From the sequence record NC_018854.1: DNA of 64,000 nucleotides; one strand, written 5' to 3'. This document shows positions 17,634 to 28,225 of the stretch, one piece after another. Both the position numbers and the translations under genes were made by a program. Numbering within the stretch: position 1 is the stretch's first letter; each line of letters begins with the position of its first letter. Source of the DNA: Escherichia phage ECBP1. The notes beneath the pieces are model-generated. The model did no database searches. It saw only the letters and a program-made list of their open reading frames with translations, and was not told where the DNA came from.

Positions 17634-20213
17634 ATGCGTTACATCACCTCTCAGGATACGGGTAAGTATCCTATTGCTATCCTCGGTCATCAAATCCGAA
17701 GGGAGGAGATGATTAAAACCTACCTGCTGCCTAATGACCTAAGCATGGAAGATTTCATCTTCATCGAACTTCATTCTGCCCCCGGCAAGAAGAAGACTCC
17801 TGCAAGGGAGATTAAGGAGTTCATACAGCAGGAGTTGCAACAAGTACTGGACGATGCAGAGACTCAATACATTATCTGTACCGATTCTGACTACTTCAAA
17901 ATACTGACTAAAGAAGCAAAAGCAGAGGCTAACCTCGGCTACGTTTGTGATTCAGTATGGGGTAAGCAGAAGGTTATCTATGCACCTAGCTACAGACAGG
18001 TCTTTTATGACCCTCCTGTAGTGAAATCTAAGATTGCTCAGGGTATGGATGCATTACTTAACCACATACGTGGGCAGTATGCAGAACCAGGTCAGGGAAT
18101 CATTGAGTTTGAGGCTTATCCAGATACCCCAGAGAAGATTAAAGCCTGGCTAGACCAGTTGCTTGAGATGAATAAGCCATTGGCTATAGACATCGAGGCA
18201 TTCGGTTTAAAGCACTATAACGCAGGTATAGGAACAATTACGTTCTGTTGGAGTAAGACACAAGGCATAGCCTTTAATGTGGACTACGAGCCGATTCCTG
18301 GAGCTACTGAAGCACCATACGGGCGTATCAACAGAAATGATGTTGTTCGAAATCTTCTTCGTGAGTTCTTCATTAAGTACACTCAACGGCAGATGTATCA
18401 CAACATTAGCTACGACGTGTATGTGCTTATCTATCAATTATTCATGGATAACCTGATTGATACAGAAGGCTTACTGCATGGTATGGAAATCATGCTACGC
18501 AACTGGGACTGTACTAAGTTAATCACCTACCTGGCTACTAACAGTTGTGCTGGTAATCACCTTAGTCTAAAAGACCAGGCTCAGGAGTATGCTGGTAACT
18601 ATGCTCAGGATGACATTAAAGACATTCGTCTTATTCCTAATGAGCAACTCTTACGTTACAACCTCATTGATGGTTTATGTACCTGGTACACCTATGAGAA
18701 ACACTGGGATACTCTCATTGCTGATGACCAACTAGATGTTTACAACAACATCTTTAAGCCAGCCTGTGAAGATATTATCCAGATGCAGTTAACTGGTATG
18801 CCCATGAATATGGATACCGTTAACCAAGTAGCTAAGGAGATGGAAACTGACAGGAACCAGGCTCTGAAAACTATTCGTGAGTCTAAGCTCATGAAGAACT
18901 TTACCCTGATGCTTCGTCAGGAATGGGTAGATGATAAGAATGCTAAGCTCAAGAAGAAGCAGGTAACACTTGCTGACTGTGATATCGAGTTTAATCCTAA
19001 CTCCGGTCCACAACTACAGAAGCTATTATTTGACTATATTGGCTTACCGGTTCTTGGTCTTACTAAGAGCAAGCAACCTGCTACTGACGGTGACACTATT
19101 AAAGCACTGCGTACACACACGCAGAGCGAAGATGTTAAGGAACTGCTCAATGCACTTATCGACTATAAGCTCGTGGATAAGATTATCACTTCATTCATCC
19201 CGGCTTTCCGTAATGCACAACCGGGACCAGATGGATGGCACTACCTATTCGGCAACCTCAATCTGGGGGGAACGGTTTCTGGTAGATTATCTGCCTCTGA
19301 GCCAAACCTGCAAACTATTCCGTCTGGCTCCAAATACGCCAAGAAGATTAAGAAATGCTTCGAAGCACCCCCAGGTTGGATCTTTTGTGGACTGGACTTT
19401 GCAAGCCTTGAGGACCGTATCTCAGCTTTAACTACTAAAGACCCTAATAAATTGCGTGTGTATACTGACGGGTTCGATGGGCACTCCCTCAGAGCTAAAT
19501 TTTATTTCGGCGAGCAAATGCCGGATATAGATGATTCTGTGGAAAGCATCAACTCTATTCAGAAAAAATATAAAGCCTTACGTAGTGAATCGAAAGCTCC
19601 CACTTTCTTATTGACTTACGGTGGGACTTATATGGGCTTGATGAAAAACTGCGGTTTCCCGGAAGGGAAGGCTAAGTTAATCGAATCCAGATACCATGAA
19701 ATGTATACGGTTAGTGATGCCTGGGTTCAAGCTAAGCTAGACGATGCTGCCAAAACTGGTTATGTTACTGCCGCATTCGGTTTGAGAGTGCGTACTCCTT
19801 TACTGGCTCAAGTATTACGTGGGACATGTAAGACTCCGTATGAAGCAGAAGCAGAAGGCAGAACTGCTGGTAATGCTTTAGGGCAAAGCTGGTGTCTACT
19901 AAATAACCGTGCTGGTTCAGAGTTTATGCGTAAAGTCAGAGCCAGTGAGTTCAGGTTAGATATTCGTCCTAGTATTCATATTCATGATGCTCAGTACTTC
20001 ATGATTCGTGACAACATGGATACTTTGCAATTCACGAACAAGCACTTGGTTGAAGCCGTTAACTGGCAAGACCATCCTGATATTGCTCACCCAGAAGTTG
20101 GTTTGGGTGGGGAACTATCCTTGTTTTACCCAACGTGGGCTAACGAGATTGAAATTCCAAATCACGCTACCCCAGAAGAAGTTCATCAAATAATTCAAAA
20201 GGCATTCGCATGA
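17634..20213 (+). CDS. family-A DNA polymerase with 3'-5' exonuclease domain
   Basis: Exo motif 'AIDIEAFGL'; pol motifs 'DFASLEDRISA' (A), 'KAPTFLLTYGG' (B), 'HIHDAQYF' (C); 859 aa. Confidence 0.9.
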   Translation: MRYITSQDTGKYPIAILGHQIRREEMIKTYLLPNDLSMEDFIFIELHSAPGKKKTPAREIKEFIQQELQQVLDDAETQYIICTDSDYFKILTKEAKAEANLGYVCDSVWGKQKVIYAPSYRQVFYDPPVVKSKIAQGMDALLNHIRGQYAEPGQGIIEFEAYPDTPEKIKAWLDQLLEMNKPLAIDIEAFGLKHYNAGIGTITFCWSKTQGIAFNVDYEPIPGATEAPYGRINRNDVVRNLLREFFIKYTQRQMYHNISYDVYVLIYQLFMDNLIDTEGLLHGMEIMLRNWDCTKLITYLATNSCAGNHLSLKDQAQEYAGNYAQDDIKDIRLIPNEQLLRYNLIDGLCTWYTYEKHWDTLIADDQLDVYNNIFKPACEDIIQMQLTGMPMNMDTVNQVAKEMETDRNQALKTIRESKLMKNFTLMLRQEWVDDKNAKLKKKQVTLADCDIEFNPNSGPQLQKLLFDYIGLPVLGLTKSKQPATDGDTIKALRTHTQSEDVKELLNALIDYKLVDKIITSFIPAFRNAQPGPDGWHYLFGNLNLGGTVSGRLSASEPNLQTIPSGSKYAKKIKKCFEAPPGWIFCGLDFASLEDRISALTTKDPNKLRVYTDGFDGHSLRAKFYFGEQMPDIDDSVESINSIQKKYKALRSESKAPTFLLTYGGTYMGLMKNCGFPEGKAKLIESRYHEMYTVSDAWVQAKLDDAAKTGYVTAAFGLRVRTPLLAQVLRGTCKTPYEAEAEGRTAGNALGQSWCLLNNRAGSEFMRKVRASEFRLDIRPSIHIHDAQYFMIRDNMDTLQFTNKHLVEAVNWQDHPDIAHPEVGLGGELSLFYPTWANEIEIPNHATPEEVHQIIQKAFA

Positions 20214-20515
20214 CCAAAAGTACTAAAGAAACTGTTGTCAGAAAATATCATTGGATGGTAGCAGCACAGGTAGTATTCCAACTTCCTAAAGTGGATGATG
20301 GTTCCCTGCTTACCATGAACACAATGTTGCTCACAGATGAACCTTACGTGACCTATAAAGATTTGGCTCGTGCCAATCACTCTCTGAAAATCAGTCTGGA
20401 CCAGCGTTTCGACACTTCAGTTGACTTGAAAGACATCGTTTATCTGTCTCTTAGCAACCTGGGTCTGATGTCTGAACCAGAGTTCCAGGCAAACATGATT
20501 CCCAAGGAGAAATAA
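20210..20515 (+). CDS. hypothetical protein
   Basis: 101-aa ORF overlapping polymerase stop. Confidence 0.45.
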   Translation: MTKSTKETVVRKYHWMVAAQVVFQLPKVDDGSLLTMNTMLLTDEPYVTYKDLARANHSLKISLDQRFDTSVDLKDIVYLSLSNLGLMSEPEFQANMIPKEK

Positions 20516-20991
20516 TGGCTAAGCTCTCCGGTGGATTGAATAACTGGTATGTAGTACCAGTTAAGCACCCTCAACGGAAAGAGCAAGAGCCATACCAAGC
20601 AGAGTGTGAGGATATTATCCAAGCACTGGGCATGACCTTCGATGAAGGTTGTGCCTTTAAAGCTCTATGGCGAAATGCTGCTGCCCGTATGGGTAATGGT
20701 AAACCTGGAAACACTGCTGTTTACGATGCAGAGAAGCTGGTTCATTATGCTAATCGTATTCTTGCTAAGGAGAAGTTAGCTAGTGAGTTATTTCCGGATC
20801 CTGCTACGAATGTAAATACCGTTGGTAGTTATTGGCACCATACAAACAATGGTAAACCTCACTTCACTAAAGAATTTTCATTCATTGAGATTGTTTATAA
20901 AGATGAACGAGATGAAATTTACTCGTATAACTTCAATCAGCTAAGTGAAATTAAGTGGAACTGGGTTCACAGATACAGGATTACTTACTAA
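20515..20991 (+). CDS. hypothetical protein
   Basis: 158-aa ORF. Confidence 0.45.
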   Translation: MAKLSGGLNNWYVVPVKHPQRKEQEPYQAECEDIIQALGMTFDEGCAFKALWRNAAARMGNGKPGNTAVYDAEKLVHYANRILAKEKLASELFPDPATNVNTVGSYWHHTNNGKPHFTKEFSFIEIVYKDERDEIYSYNFNQLSEIKWNWVHRYRITY

Positions 20992-21056
20992 TGAAGATAA
21001 CCAACAACCATGATGTATCACTGGCCCTGGCTGTATGGCTATTGCATGACGAGTAA
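20991..21056 (+). pseudogene. 21-codon remnant duplicating the 5' end of the gene at 21557
   Basis: MKITNNHDVSLALAVWLLHDE* versus downstream MKLTNKHDVSLALAVWLVTDD... (17/21 identical); sits immediately upstream of the HNH gene. Confidence 0.5.
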
Positions 21057-21062
21057 CTAATT

Positions 21063-21560
21063 ATGAAACAGAGGATTGCCCATGACAGGCTTTTACAGCT
21101 TGTTAGTTATGACCCTATTTCCGGGATTTTTACTCGTAGGAATACCGGAAAGGTATCTGGTTACCTAATGAAGAGTGGTTACGTTCAACTCCGTGTGGAT
21201 AGTGTGTTGTACTATGGGCATATCCTTGCATGGTTCTATGTGCACGGTGTATGGCCTACGGATAGAATTGACCATAAGGACAATATTCGCCATCACAACT
21301 GGATAGATAACCTCAGAGAAGCGACCCACAAGCAGAATAACCAGAGTGCTGTTTTATCTAAAACAAACACATCTGGATTTAAGGGGGTATCCTTTTCAAA
21401 GAATTTAGGTAAATACAGAGCAACTATTTGGGTTAACAGTAAACCAATTACATTAGGTTTTACAGATGACCCAAGAGAAGCTGCTGTTCTCTATGATGAA
21501 GCTGCTATAACTCATTATGGTGAGTTTGCTAAAACTAATAAGCAATTGGGACTGTTATGA
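21063..21560 (+). CDS. HNH homing endonuclease with AP2-type DNA-binding domain
   Basis: 'IDHKDNIRHHNWIDNLREATHKQNNQ' HNH_3 motif; 'FKGVSFSKNLGKYRATIWVNSKPITLGF' AP2 domain. Confidence 0.75.
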   Translation: MKQRIAHDRLLQLVSYDPISGIFTRRNTGKVSGYLMKSGYVQLRVDSVLYYGHILAWFYVHGVWPTDRIDHKDNIRHHNWIDNLREATHKQNNQSAVLSKTNTSGFKGVSFSKNLGKYRATIWVNSKPITLGFTDDPREAAVLYDEAAITHYGEFAKTNKQLGLL

Positions 21561-22537
21561 AACTTACCAACAAACACGACGTTAGTCTTGCACTAGCTGT
21601 ATGGCTTGTAACGGATGATTATGATTATGTAGACAATCCTAAGTATCTGTCTGTTACTACCTTGCTTAAGCCCATTAAGCAAATAGTCATGAAGCATCGT
21701 GTAGATCTTAGTGACCAGTCAATTGATGTTATGGATTTCGTCTCCACATCAATGGGTACTGGTTTACATGATTCTATCGAGAAGGCCTGGAAGCTGGGTC
21801 ATAAGACTGCATTGAAAAAGTTGGGTTATCCTCAACGAGTAATTGATGCAGTAGTCATTAACCCAACCAAAGCAGACTTTGATGCTAACCCTGACCTTAT
21901 CCCAATCTACATTGAACAGCGTGGAACCAGGATAGTTAAGGGTTGGACTATCGGTGGTAAGTTCGACATCGTAACAGAAGGTCTGCTGCAGGACTTTAAG
22001 TCTACCTCAACCTATTCCTGGGTTGCTGGTTCCCGTGATGATGAACATAAGATGCAAGGCAGCTTGTATCGTTGGATTCACAACGACATCATTACCGAAG
22101 ATGTAATCCGTATTAACTACATCTTCACTGACTTCATGAAACACATGGCTAATAGCAATCCGAACTATCCTGCTAATCGTATTATGCATAAGGATATTCC
22201 GTTGCTATCTGTCGAGAAAACTGAACGTTGGGTAGAAGAGAAGATTCACCTCATTGAAAAGTACTGGAATGCACCTGAAGAGGAAATTCCTGAATGTACT
22301 GATGAGGAGTTGTGGCGAACAGAGCCACAGTTCAAATACTTCTCTGATGCTTCTAAGGTAGATGTACCTGGAGCCAGAAGTACCAAAAAATTTGACGATA
22401 TGGCATCTGCTCGTATCTTCATGGCTGAAAAAGGTGGCAAGGGTGCTATCAAGGTCGTGGAGGGGCAGGTTAAGCGTTGTCTATACTGCCCTGTCGCGTC
22501 CATTTGCAAACAAAGAGAGAGATATTTTCCATCATGA
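21557..22537 (+). CDS. putative PD-(D/E)XK-family nuclease
   Basis: 'GGKFDIVTEGLLQDFK' D...E.K-like motif; C-terminal Cys pair 'CLYCPVASIC'. Confidence 0.4.
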   Translation: MKLTNKHDVSLALAVWLVTDDYDYVDNPKYLSVTTLLKPIKQIVMKHRVDLSDQSIDVMDFVSTSMGTGLHDSIEKAWKLGHKTALKKLGYPQRVIDAVVINPTKADFDANPDLIPIYIEQRGTRIVKGWTIGGKFDIVTEGLLQDFKSTSTYSWVAGSRDDEHKMQGSLYRWIHNDIITEDVIRINYIFTDFMKHMANSNPNYPANRIMHKDIPLLSVEKTERWVEEKIHLIEKYWNAPEEEIPECTDEELWRTEPQFKYFSDASKVDVPGARSTKKFDDMASARIFMAEKGGKGAIKVVEGQVKRCLYCPVASICKQRERYFPS

Positions 22538-24687
22538 GTATTGACCTGACCGGAGTCACTCACCACCCTGCAATTGAAGAAATTGTAGACGTGCTGTGTA
22601 ACAAGACACAAAACAACGACAGAGGATTCTTCCGTGTCGAAGTAGCCTACTTCCTGGCTAAAATGGCATCCTGCATGGGTGCAACCATTGTCACTAAAGA
22701 CCGTGGTGACTTACCAGTCAACATTTACGCTATGGCATTAGCAACGTCTGGCTTCGGTAAAGGTCACTCGGTAAATATTATTGAAGACGGCTTCATGACT
22801 GGCTTCCGTAAACGTTTTATGGAAGACACCATGCCCGTCATTGCAAATGACCGTTTATGGAAGATTGCTAACGAACGTGCTGCTCGACAAGGTACAGACC
22901 AGAATGATGAGTTTGATAAAGTCGAAGCAGAGTATAAACGTGCTGGAGCATATCCGTTTACGTTTGACTCTGGTACTCCACCAGCAGTTAAACAGCTACG
23001 ACATAAGCTGTTAATGGCTGGGTGTGGTTCAATCAACCTACAGATTGATGAAATTGGTTCAAACCTGTTGGCTAACACGGATGTATTAACTCTGTTCCTG
23101 GAATTATATGACCAGGGTAAGGTTAAACAGAAGTTAACCAAGAACACTGCTGAAAGTGTTCGTGGTGAAGAACTGGATGGTAAGACTCCAGCTAACCTGT
23201 TGCTGTTTGGCACGCCAAGTAAGCTACTAGATGGTGGTCAGACCGAAGACCAGTTCTATGACTTTCTGGATACAGGGTATGCACGTCGTTGCTTATTTGC
23301 CATTGGGCATTTAGATAAACGAGCACATGCAACAATGTCCCCAGAAGAAATCTACCGTAACCTGATTAAGCAGGATAACGTACAGTCTCTGGGTAAGTGG
23401 GCTAATCACTTCCACAGTCTGGCTGATCCAAACTTGTTCGGCTTTAAGATGGTTGTAGAAGATGCTGTGGGTATTGCTCTGATTACTTACAAGATCGATT
23501 GTGAGAAACAAGCAGAAGCTATGGCTGACCACGAAGAAATTCGTAAGGCTGAAATCTCCCACCGTTACTTTAAAGCTCTTAAGCTGGCTGGAGCACTGGC
23601 ATTTGTTGACCAAAGTTCATTCATTGAAATGTCTCATCTTAAACAAGCAATCTTGCTTGTAGAAGAATCCGGGGCAGCATTCCAGGGTATTCTCAATCGT
23701 GAGAAAGCCTATGTGAAGCTGGCTAAGTATATCGCTTCTGTAGGTAAAGAAGTGACTCATGCTGACTTACTGGAGTCGTTGCCGTTCTATAAGAGTGGCA
23801 ATGCAGCTCGTAATGAGATGATGACTCTTGCTACAGCATGGGGATACAAACAGCACATCATCATTAAGAAAACTTTTAATGAAGGTATTGAGTTCTTCCG
23901 TGGAGAGACTCTGAAAGAGACTGACATCAATGAGATGATAGTGGCCTATAGTGATAGCTTTGCTTATGACTACATTGGTGAACGTGTACCGTTCGACCAG
24001 TTGCATGTATTAACCCAAGCTCCCGGTATGCACTGGGTAAACCATCACATGAAGAACGGGCATCGTTCCGAAGAGAACGTTATTCCAGGATTTAACATGA
24101 TTGTTATTGACTGTGATGGTGGAGTACCACTGCATACGTGCCATGAACTGATGAAGGAATATAAGTTCATGACCTATACCACTAAACGTCATTCTGATGA
24201 AGAGAACCGCTTCCGACTGATTATTCCAATGAACTATGAGTTACACCTCGACACTGAGGAATACAAAGAGTTTATGAATAACGTTATGTCTTGGCTACCG
24301 TTCGAAACGGATGAATCTGCTAACCAGCGAGCCAAGAAATGGATGTCCTGTGAGACTGGTTCCTATCATTACAATCTTGAAGCAAATCTGTTGGACGTGC
24401 GTGACTTTATTCCTCGTACTAGTAAGAACGAGCAGTTCCAGAACCAGATGAAGGAAGTACAGTCGTTGGATAATCTGGAGCGTTGGTTCGCTAGTCGTAT
24501 TGCTACCGGTAATCGTAATAATCAAATGATTAAGTACGCACTGGCATTGGTTGACAGTGGTTGGGATTTTGCCCAAGTACAGCAAGCCGTCCACTCATTC
24601 AATAAGAAACTGGCTAATCCATTACCAGATGATGAATTGAATGCAACCGTAATGGTCACCGTGGCTAAACGCTTCGCTGGCAAATAA
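22534..24687 (+). CDS. replication protein, putative primase (AEP-like motifs in C-terminal half)
   Basis: ATG at 22534 overlapping upstream stop (ATGA); 'MIVIDCDGG' DxD and downstream 'KRHS' resemble primase-polymerase motifs I/II. Confidence 0.4.
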   Translation: MSIDLTGVTHHPAIEEIVDVLCNKTQNNDRGFFRVEVAYFLAKMASCMGATIVTKDRGDLPVNIYAMALATSGFGKGHSVNIIEDGFMTGFRKRFMEDTMPVIANDRLWKIANERAARQGTDQNDEFDKVEAEYKRAGAYPFTFDSGTPPAVKQLRHKLLMAGCGSINLQIDEIGSNLLANTDVLTLFLELYDQGKVKQKLTKNTAESVRGEELDGKTPANLLLFGTPSKLLDGGQTEDQFYDFLDTGYARRCLFAIGHLDKRAHATMSPEEIYRNLIKQDNVQSLGKWANHFHSLADPNLFGFKMVVEDAVGIALITYKIDCEKQAEAMADHEEIRKAEISHRYFKALKLAGALAFVDQSSFIEMSHLKQAILLVEESGAAFQGILNREKAYVKLAKYIASVGKEVTHADLLESLPFYKSGNAARNEMMTLATAWGYKQHIIIKKTFNEGIEFFRGETLKETDINEMIVAYSDSFAYDYIGERVPFDQLHVLTQAPGMHWVNHHMKNGHRSEENVIPGFNMIVIDCDGGVPLHTCHELMKEYKFMTYTTKRHSDEENRFRLIIPMNYELHLDTEEYKEFMNNVMSWLPFETDESANQRAKKWMSCETGSYHYNLEANLLDVRDFIPRTSKNEQFQNQMKEVQSLDNLERWFASRIATGNRNNQMIKYALALVDSGWDFAQVQQAVHSFNKKLANPLPDDELNATVMVTVAKRFAGK

Positions 24688-24743
24688 GCAAACAGGAGTC
24701 TTTCTTTGGTTTGAAGGACTCCTAAATTAAATGAGGAAAAATA

Positions 24744-25496
24744 ATGTCCGAAGTAATTCCCAATGATATGAACACTCAGCTAATCCTGATTGCAGGATTC
24801 TCAGCGAGTGGTAAATCAGCATCACTGCGTAACATCAGGAACCAGGAACGCTGGCTCTATCTGAACACTGAGGCAGGTAAACGTCTACCTTTCCGTAACA
24901 AGTTCAATACCTACAACATCGAAGACCCATACCAAATCTGGGAAGCATTTGATGTTGCATCTCCTGGTGGAGAAATGGCAGATGATGTTGATGGTATCAT
25001 CATTGACTCAGCAACTTTTATGATGGATATGCTGGAATCCCAGTATGTTCTGCCTTCTGCAAACACGCAAAAGGCATGGGGGGATTTTGCACAGTTCTTT
25101 AAGATACTGCTGCAACAAAAAGTCGTTAAGTTTGGTAAGCCAGTAATCATTACTGCTCATGCTAAAGACGAACTGGATGAAGCTGCTGGTGTGATGAAAA
25201 CGTTCATCCCAGTGAAAGGCTCTCTGAAGAATAACGGGCTTGAAGCCTACTTCTCTACAGTGGTTTACGCAGAACGTGTAGACATTAAAGAACTGGAGAA
25301 GTATGGAAACAAGATGCTTGAAATTACGGAGGAAGAACGTGATTTAGGCTATAAACATGTATTCCAGACCCGTCCAACCAAGAAGTCTGTTGGTAAACGA
25401 CTTCGTTCTCCTATGGGTATGTTCGATAAGTCCGAGACTTACATTGATAACGATGCCCAGAAACTCTTAGACCACCTGGCTGAATACTACGCTTAA
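24744..25496 (+). CDS. P-loop NTPase (replication/recombination-associated)
   Basis: Walker A 'GFSASGKS'; Walker B-like 'GIIIDSA'. Confidence 0.5.
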   Translation: MSEVIPNDMNTQLILIAGFSASGKSASLRNIRNQERWLYLNTEAGKRLPFRNKFNTYNIEDPYQIWEAFDVASPGGEMADDVDGIIIDSATFMMDMLESQYVLPSANTQKAWGDFAQFFKILLQQKVVKFGKPVIITAHAKDELDEAAGVMKTFIPVKGSLKNNGLEAYFSTVVYAERVDIKELEKYGNKMLEITEEERDLGYKHVFQTRPTKKSVGKRLRSPMGMFDKSETYIDNDAQKLLDHLAEYYA

Positions 25497-25535
25497 GCGT
25501 TTGTCTGGTTGTTAATCACTTATTAGGAAAATCAT

Positions 25536-26339
25536 ATGTCATTGTTCAGTAATCTGAAAGAAAAAACCAAAAACGTTGAAGCTGCTAAAGACTCTCTAGG
25601 TGGTGGTGGCTTCGGTGCAAAAGAAACCGATATCTACACTGGTACTGTAAAAGTAGCTTACGTAGGCAAAGCTGATTCTGGTGCAGACTGGATGCAGTTA
25701 ATTATTGAAGACCTGAAAAACTCTGATGGCGTGCCTGCTGGCGAGTTCCGTGCTCAGGTGTACTTCACTTCTGGTAATGCTAAAGGCAACAAGCCGACTT
25801 ACGAGAAAAATGGTAAAGAGTACTTCCTGCCTGGCTACACTGTCATTAACGACATGATGCTGATGGCTACTGGTACTGAACTGCCTGAAGCAGACTTCGA
25901 AGAGAAGATTGTTAAAGTCTACGACTACGACGCTAAAGCAGAAGTTAATAAATCTGTCATGGTTCCAGTTGACCTGGTAGGCCAGACTGTTACCTTCGCT
26001 CTGGAAAAAGTTCTGGAAAACAAGCAGGTTAAAGGCGACAACGGTTATGTAGACTCTGACGAAACTCGTGAAGTAAACGAGATTCAGAAAGTGTTTCACC
26101 CGGAACTGCTGGTCACAGTCGTCGAGGCTCAGGAAGCAGAGAAGGCTGAAAAAGAACTAACCCCAGAACTGGCTGTATTCTATGCAGCATGGCTGGAAAA
26201 GAACAAAGGCAAAACTCGTGACAAGACTAAGAGTTCTGCTGGTGGTAATGGTAAAGGTGGCTTGCCTCCTAAACCAGGTGCAGGTGCTGGCACGGGTACT
26301 GCTCCTGCTGGTGGTAAATCACTGTTTGGTAAACGTTAA
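25536..26339 (+). CDS. single-stranded DNA-binding protein (N4 gp45-like by size and position)
   Basis: 267 aa, Gly-rich N- and C-termini; gene order matches N4 SSB location. Confidence 0.5.
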   Translation: MSLFSNLKEKTKNVEAAKDSLGGGGFGAKETDIYTGTVKVAYVGKADSGADWMQLIIEDLKNSDGVPAGEFRAQVYFTSGNAKGNKPTYEKNGKEYFLPGYTVINDMMLMATGTELPEADFEEKIVKVYDYDAKAEVNKSVMVPVDLVGQTVTFALEKVLENKQVKGDNGYVDSDETREVNEIQKVFHPELLVTVVEAQEAEKAEKELTPELAVFYAAWLEKNKGKTRDKTKSSAGGNGKGGLPPKPGAGAGTGTAPAGGKSLFGKR

Positions 26340-26893
26340 TGAAAATCCCAATTGTCGGTGCAGACATTAGTCTCCGCAATTGGGGTTTAGCTCGTGGGAT
26401 GCTGGACATTGAGTCCGGCGTCTTCGAGCAGGTCGAACTTAAACTGGTTCAAACTGAAGTTGACCACAACAAACAAGTTCGAACCAACTCCAAAGATATA
26501 CAAGCCGCTCACGATTTGTTTCTTGGTTGTGAGGAATGGTTACGGTCTGCTAAAGCAGTATTCGTAGAAGTACCAGTAGGCTCTCAGTCTGCTAACGGTA
26601 TGAAATCCTATGGCGTATGCGTAGGATTAATAGGTGCATTTCGTGCATTGGGTTGTCCAATCTTTGAAGTATCCCCAATTGAAAACAAACTTGCACTGGT
26701 CGGTGATAAAACTGCATCTAAGGACACGATGATTCGTGCTGCTCATGCCATCTATCCTGAAGCCAACTGGCTCACAGATAAGAAGGGCAAACTTCTGAAT
26801 AAGAATGAGCACTTAGCTGATGCAATCGGTGCAATCCATGCTGGTGTAAATCTCCCAGCTTTCCAAAACCTCCTTAATTTAATAAAGGCATAA
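26339..26893 (+). CDS. RuvC-like Holliday junction resolvase
   Basis: N-terminal 'IVGADISLRNWG' and C-terminal 'EHLADAIGAIHAG' resemble RuvC catalytic motifs. Confidence 0.45.
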   Translation: MKIPIVGADISLRNWGLARGMLDIESGVFEQVELKLVQTEVDHNKQVRTNSKDIQAAHDLFLGCEEWLRSAKAVFVEVPVGSQSANGMKSYGVCVGLIGAFRALGCPIFEVSPIENKLALVGDKTASKDTMIRAAHAIYPEANWLTDKKGKLLNKNEHLADAIGAIHAGVNLPAFQNLLNLIKA

Positions 26894-26894
26894 C

Positions 26895-27335
26895 ATGCAA
26901 ATCATTTTGAACCAGTCCGAAGTAGAAGCTGCTGTACAGGCTTATGTCGATGATCAAATCAATCTTGCTGGTGACATCAATATTGTCATCAATGCAGACG
27001 GTACAGCTTCCGTTGGTATCAACGAAGAGGTTCATGAAGATACTCCACCCGTGGGAGTAGAGAAGAAAACTCGTCGTTCTCGTAAGAACCCACAGGAAGC
27101 TAAACATCGTCCGGTAGAACCAGAGCCGGAAGAAGTAGTTGAAGAGGTAAAGGTAGAAGAAACCCAGACCTCTACTGGTGGTCAGAACGAGAGTTCTACG
27201 CCGGAACCTGAAGAAGAAGCAGTATCTGAACCAGAAGCACAAGAAGAAGTTGTGCAGGAAGAGGCTAAGGCTGAAGAACCAGCAGAGAAACCTGCTACTA
27301 AGCCTTCACTGTTCGCTGGCCTTAAACGTAGTTAA
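26895..27335 (+). CDS. highly acidic Glu/Pro-rich protein
   Basis: 146 aa with long 'PEPEEVVEEVKVEE...EPEAQEEVVQEEAKAEEP' tract. Confidence 0.45.
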   Translation: MQIILNQSEVEAAVQAYVDDQINLAGDINIVINADGTASVGINEEVHEDTPPVGVEKKTRRSRKNPQEAKHRPVEPEPEEVVEEVKVEETQTSTGGQNESSTPEPEEEAVSEPEAQEEVVQEEAKAEEPAEKPATKPSLFAGLKRS

Positions 27336-27566
27336 TCTGGTAGGTGGCTCAGAAGCTGCTGCTAGGTGTGGTAGTGTTTATAGTCCTGATGCTACTACTG
27401 GTCAGGATTATAGACGTGTCGGCTCCATACATAGCTTTTATCATCACTGTCATTATCCTGTGGAAATGCAGTGGTAAACACGGTGGTGACAAGCCGCCAG
27501 AGTAACAACAACCGAACCAGTGTGCAGGAATACTCTCCCCTGTGCATTGGTTCAACTGAGGCTAAT

Positions 27567-27737
27567 ATGAACAAATTTACTATTCACTGGCTCAATGGAA
27601 AGGTTAGTTCTTTCATGGGTGGAGAACCCGTTGAAGGAAAGAAAGCATTTCACATTGAATCGGAAGGATGCAAAATCTTAGTACCGTATGCTTGGTATAA
27701 AGAAGGTGAAGTAGAAGCATTAAAAAAGAGTAGTTAA
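27567..27737 (+). CDS. hypothetical small protein
   Basis: ATG with GAGG RBS; 56 aa. Confidence 0.3.
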   Translation: MNKFTIHWLNGKVSSFMGGEPVEGKKAFHIESEGCKILVPYAWYKEGEVEALKKSS

Positions 27738-28155
27738 TATCGTGAAGGGTTCTGTTAGAATCCTTTGAGATAGGAACTCCTATCATAACCTTTCTTATCT
27801 TAATCTTTGCCGTATGGCACTGACGCTAGGGTTTATGCCCATCCGTCAGGTAGACTATTTTAAGAATGGGTTATCACAGAAAATGTAAAGCAACATTCGG
27901 GTTAATCAATGGCCTCTCCCTATAGGGGCCATTTCTGAATGATAGGCTATATCCCAAAGGTTAGTATCTTTGGGATAAGGCTTCAGATCCCTTATCAAAC
28001 TAACCTCTCAATGTTGAGCATTTTAATCACATAAGCCCCTATATGGGCTGGGTTAAATGTCGGATAGCATAGCTACCTACAGCATCGAATTGTTAGGTCT
28101 TACATGCAACATAGGGTATAAAGGGAGGACTCGTCCCCTCCCTCCTATTATAATG

Positions 28156-28225
28156 GTCGAGGTAGCACGTAGGCATGTGCAGATGGTCGCTACTTCTCTC
28201 GCTGGTTCGAATCCAGCCCCCGACC
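28156..28225 (+). tRNA. tRNA-like element, probably degenerate tRNA
   Basis: 7-bp acceptor (one A-C mismatch), U8-A9, D-arm GCAC/GTGC, canonical T-arm GCTGG-TTCGAAT-CCAGC; anticodon stem pairs poorly. Confidence 0.3.
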
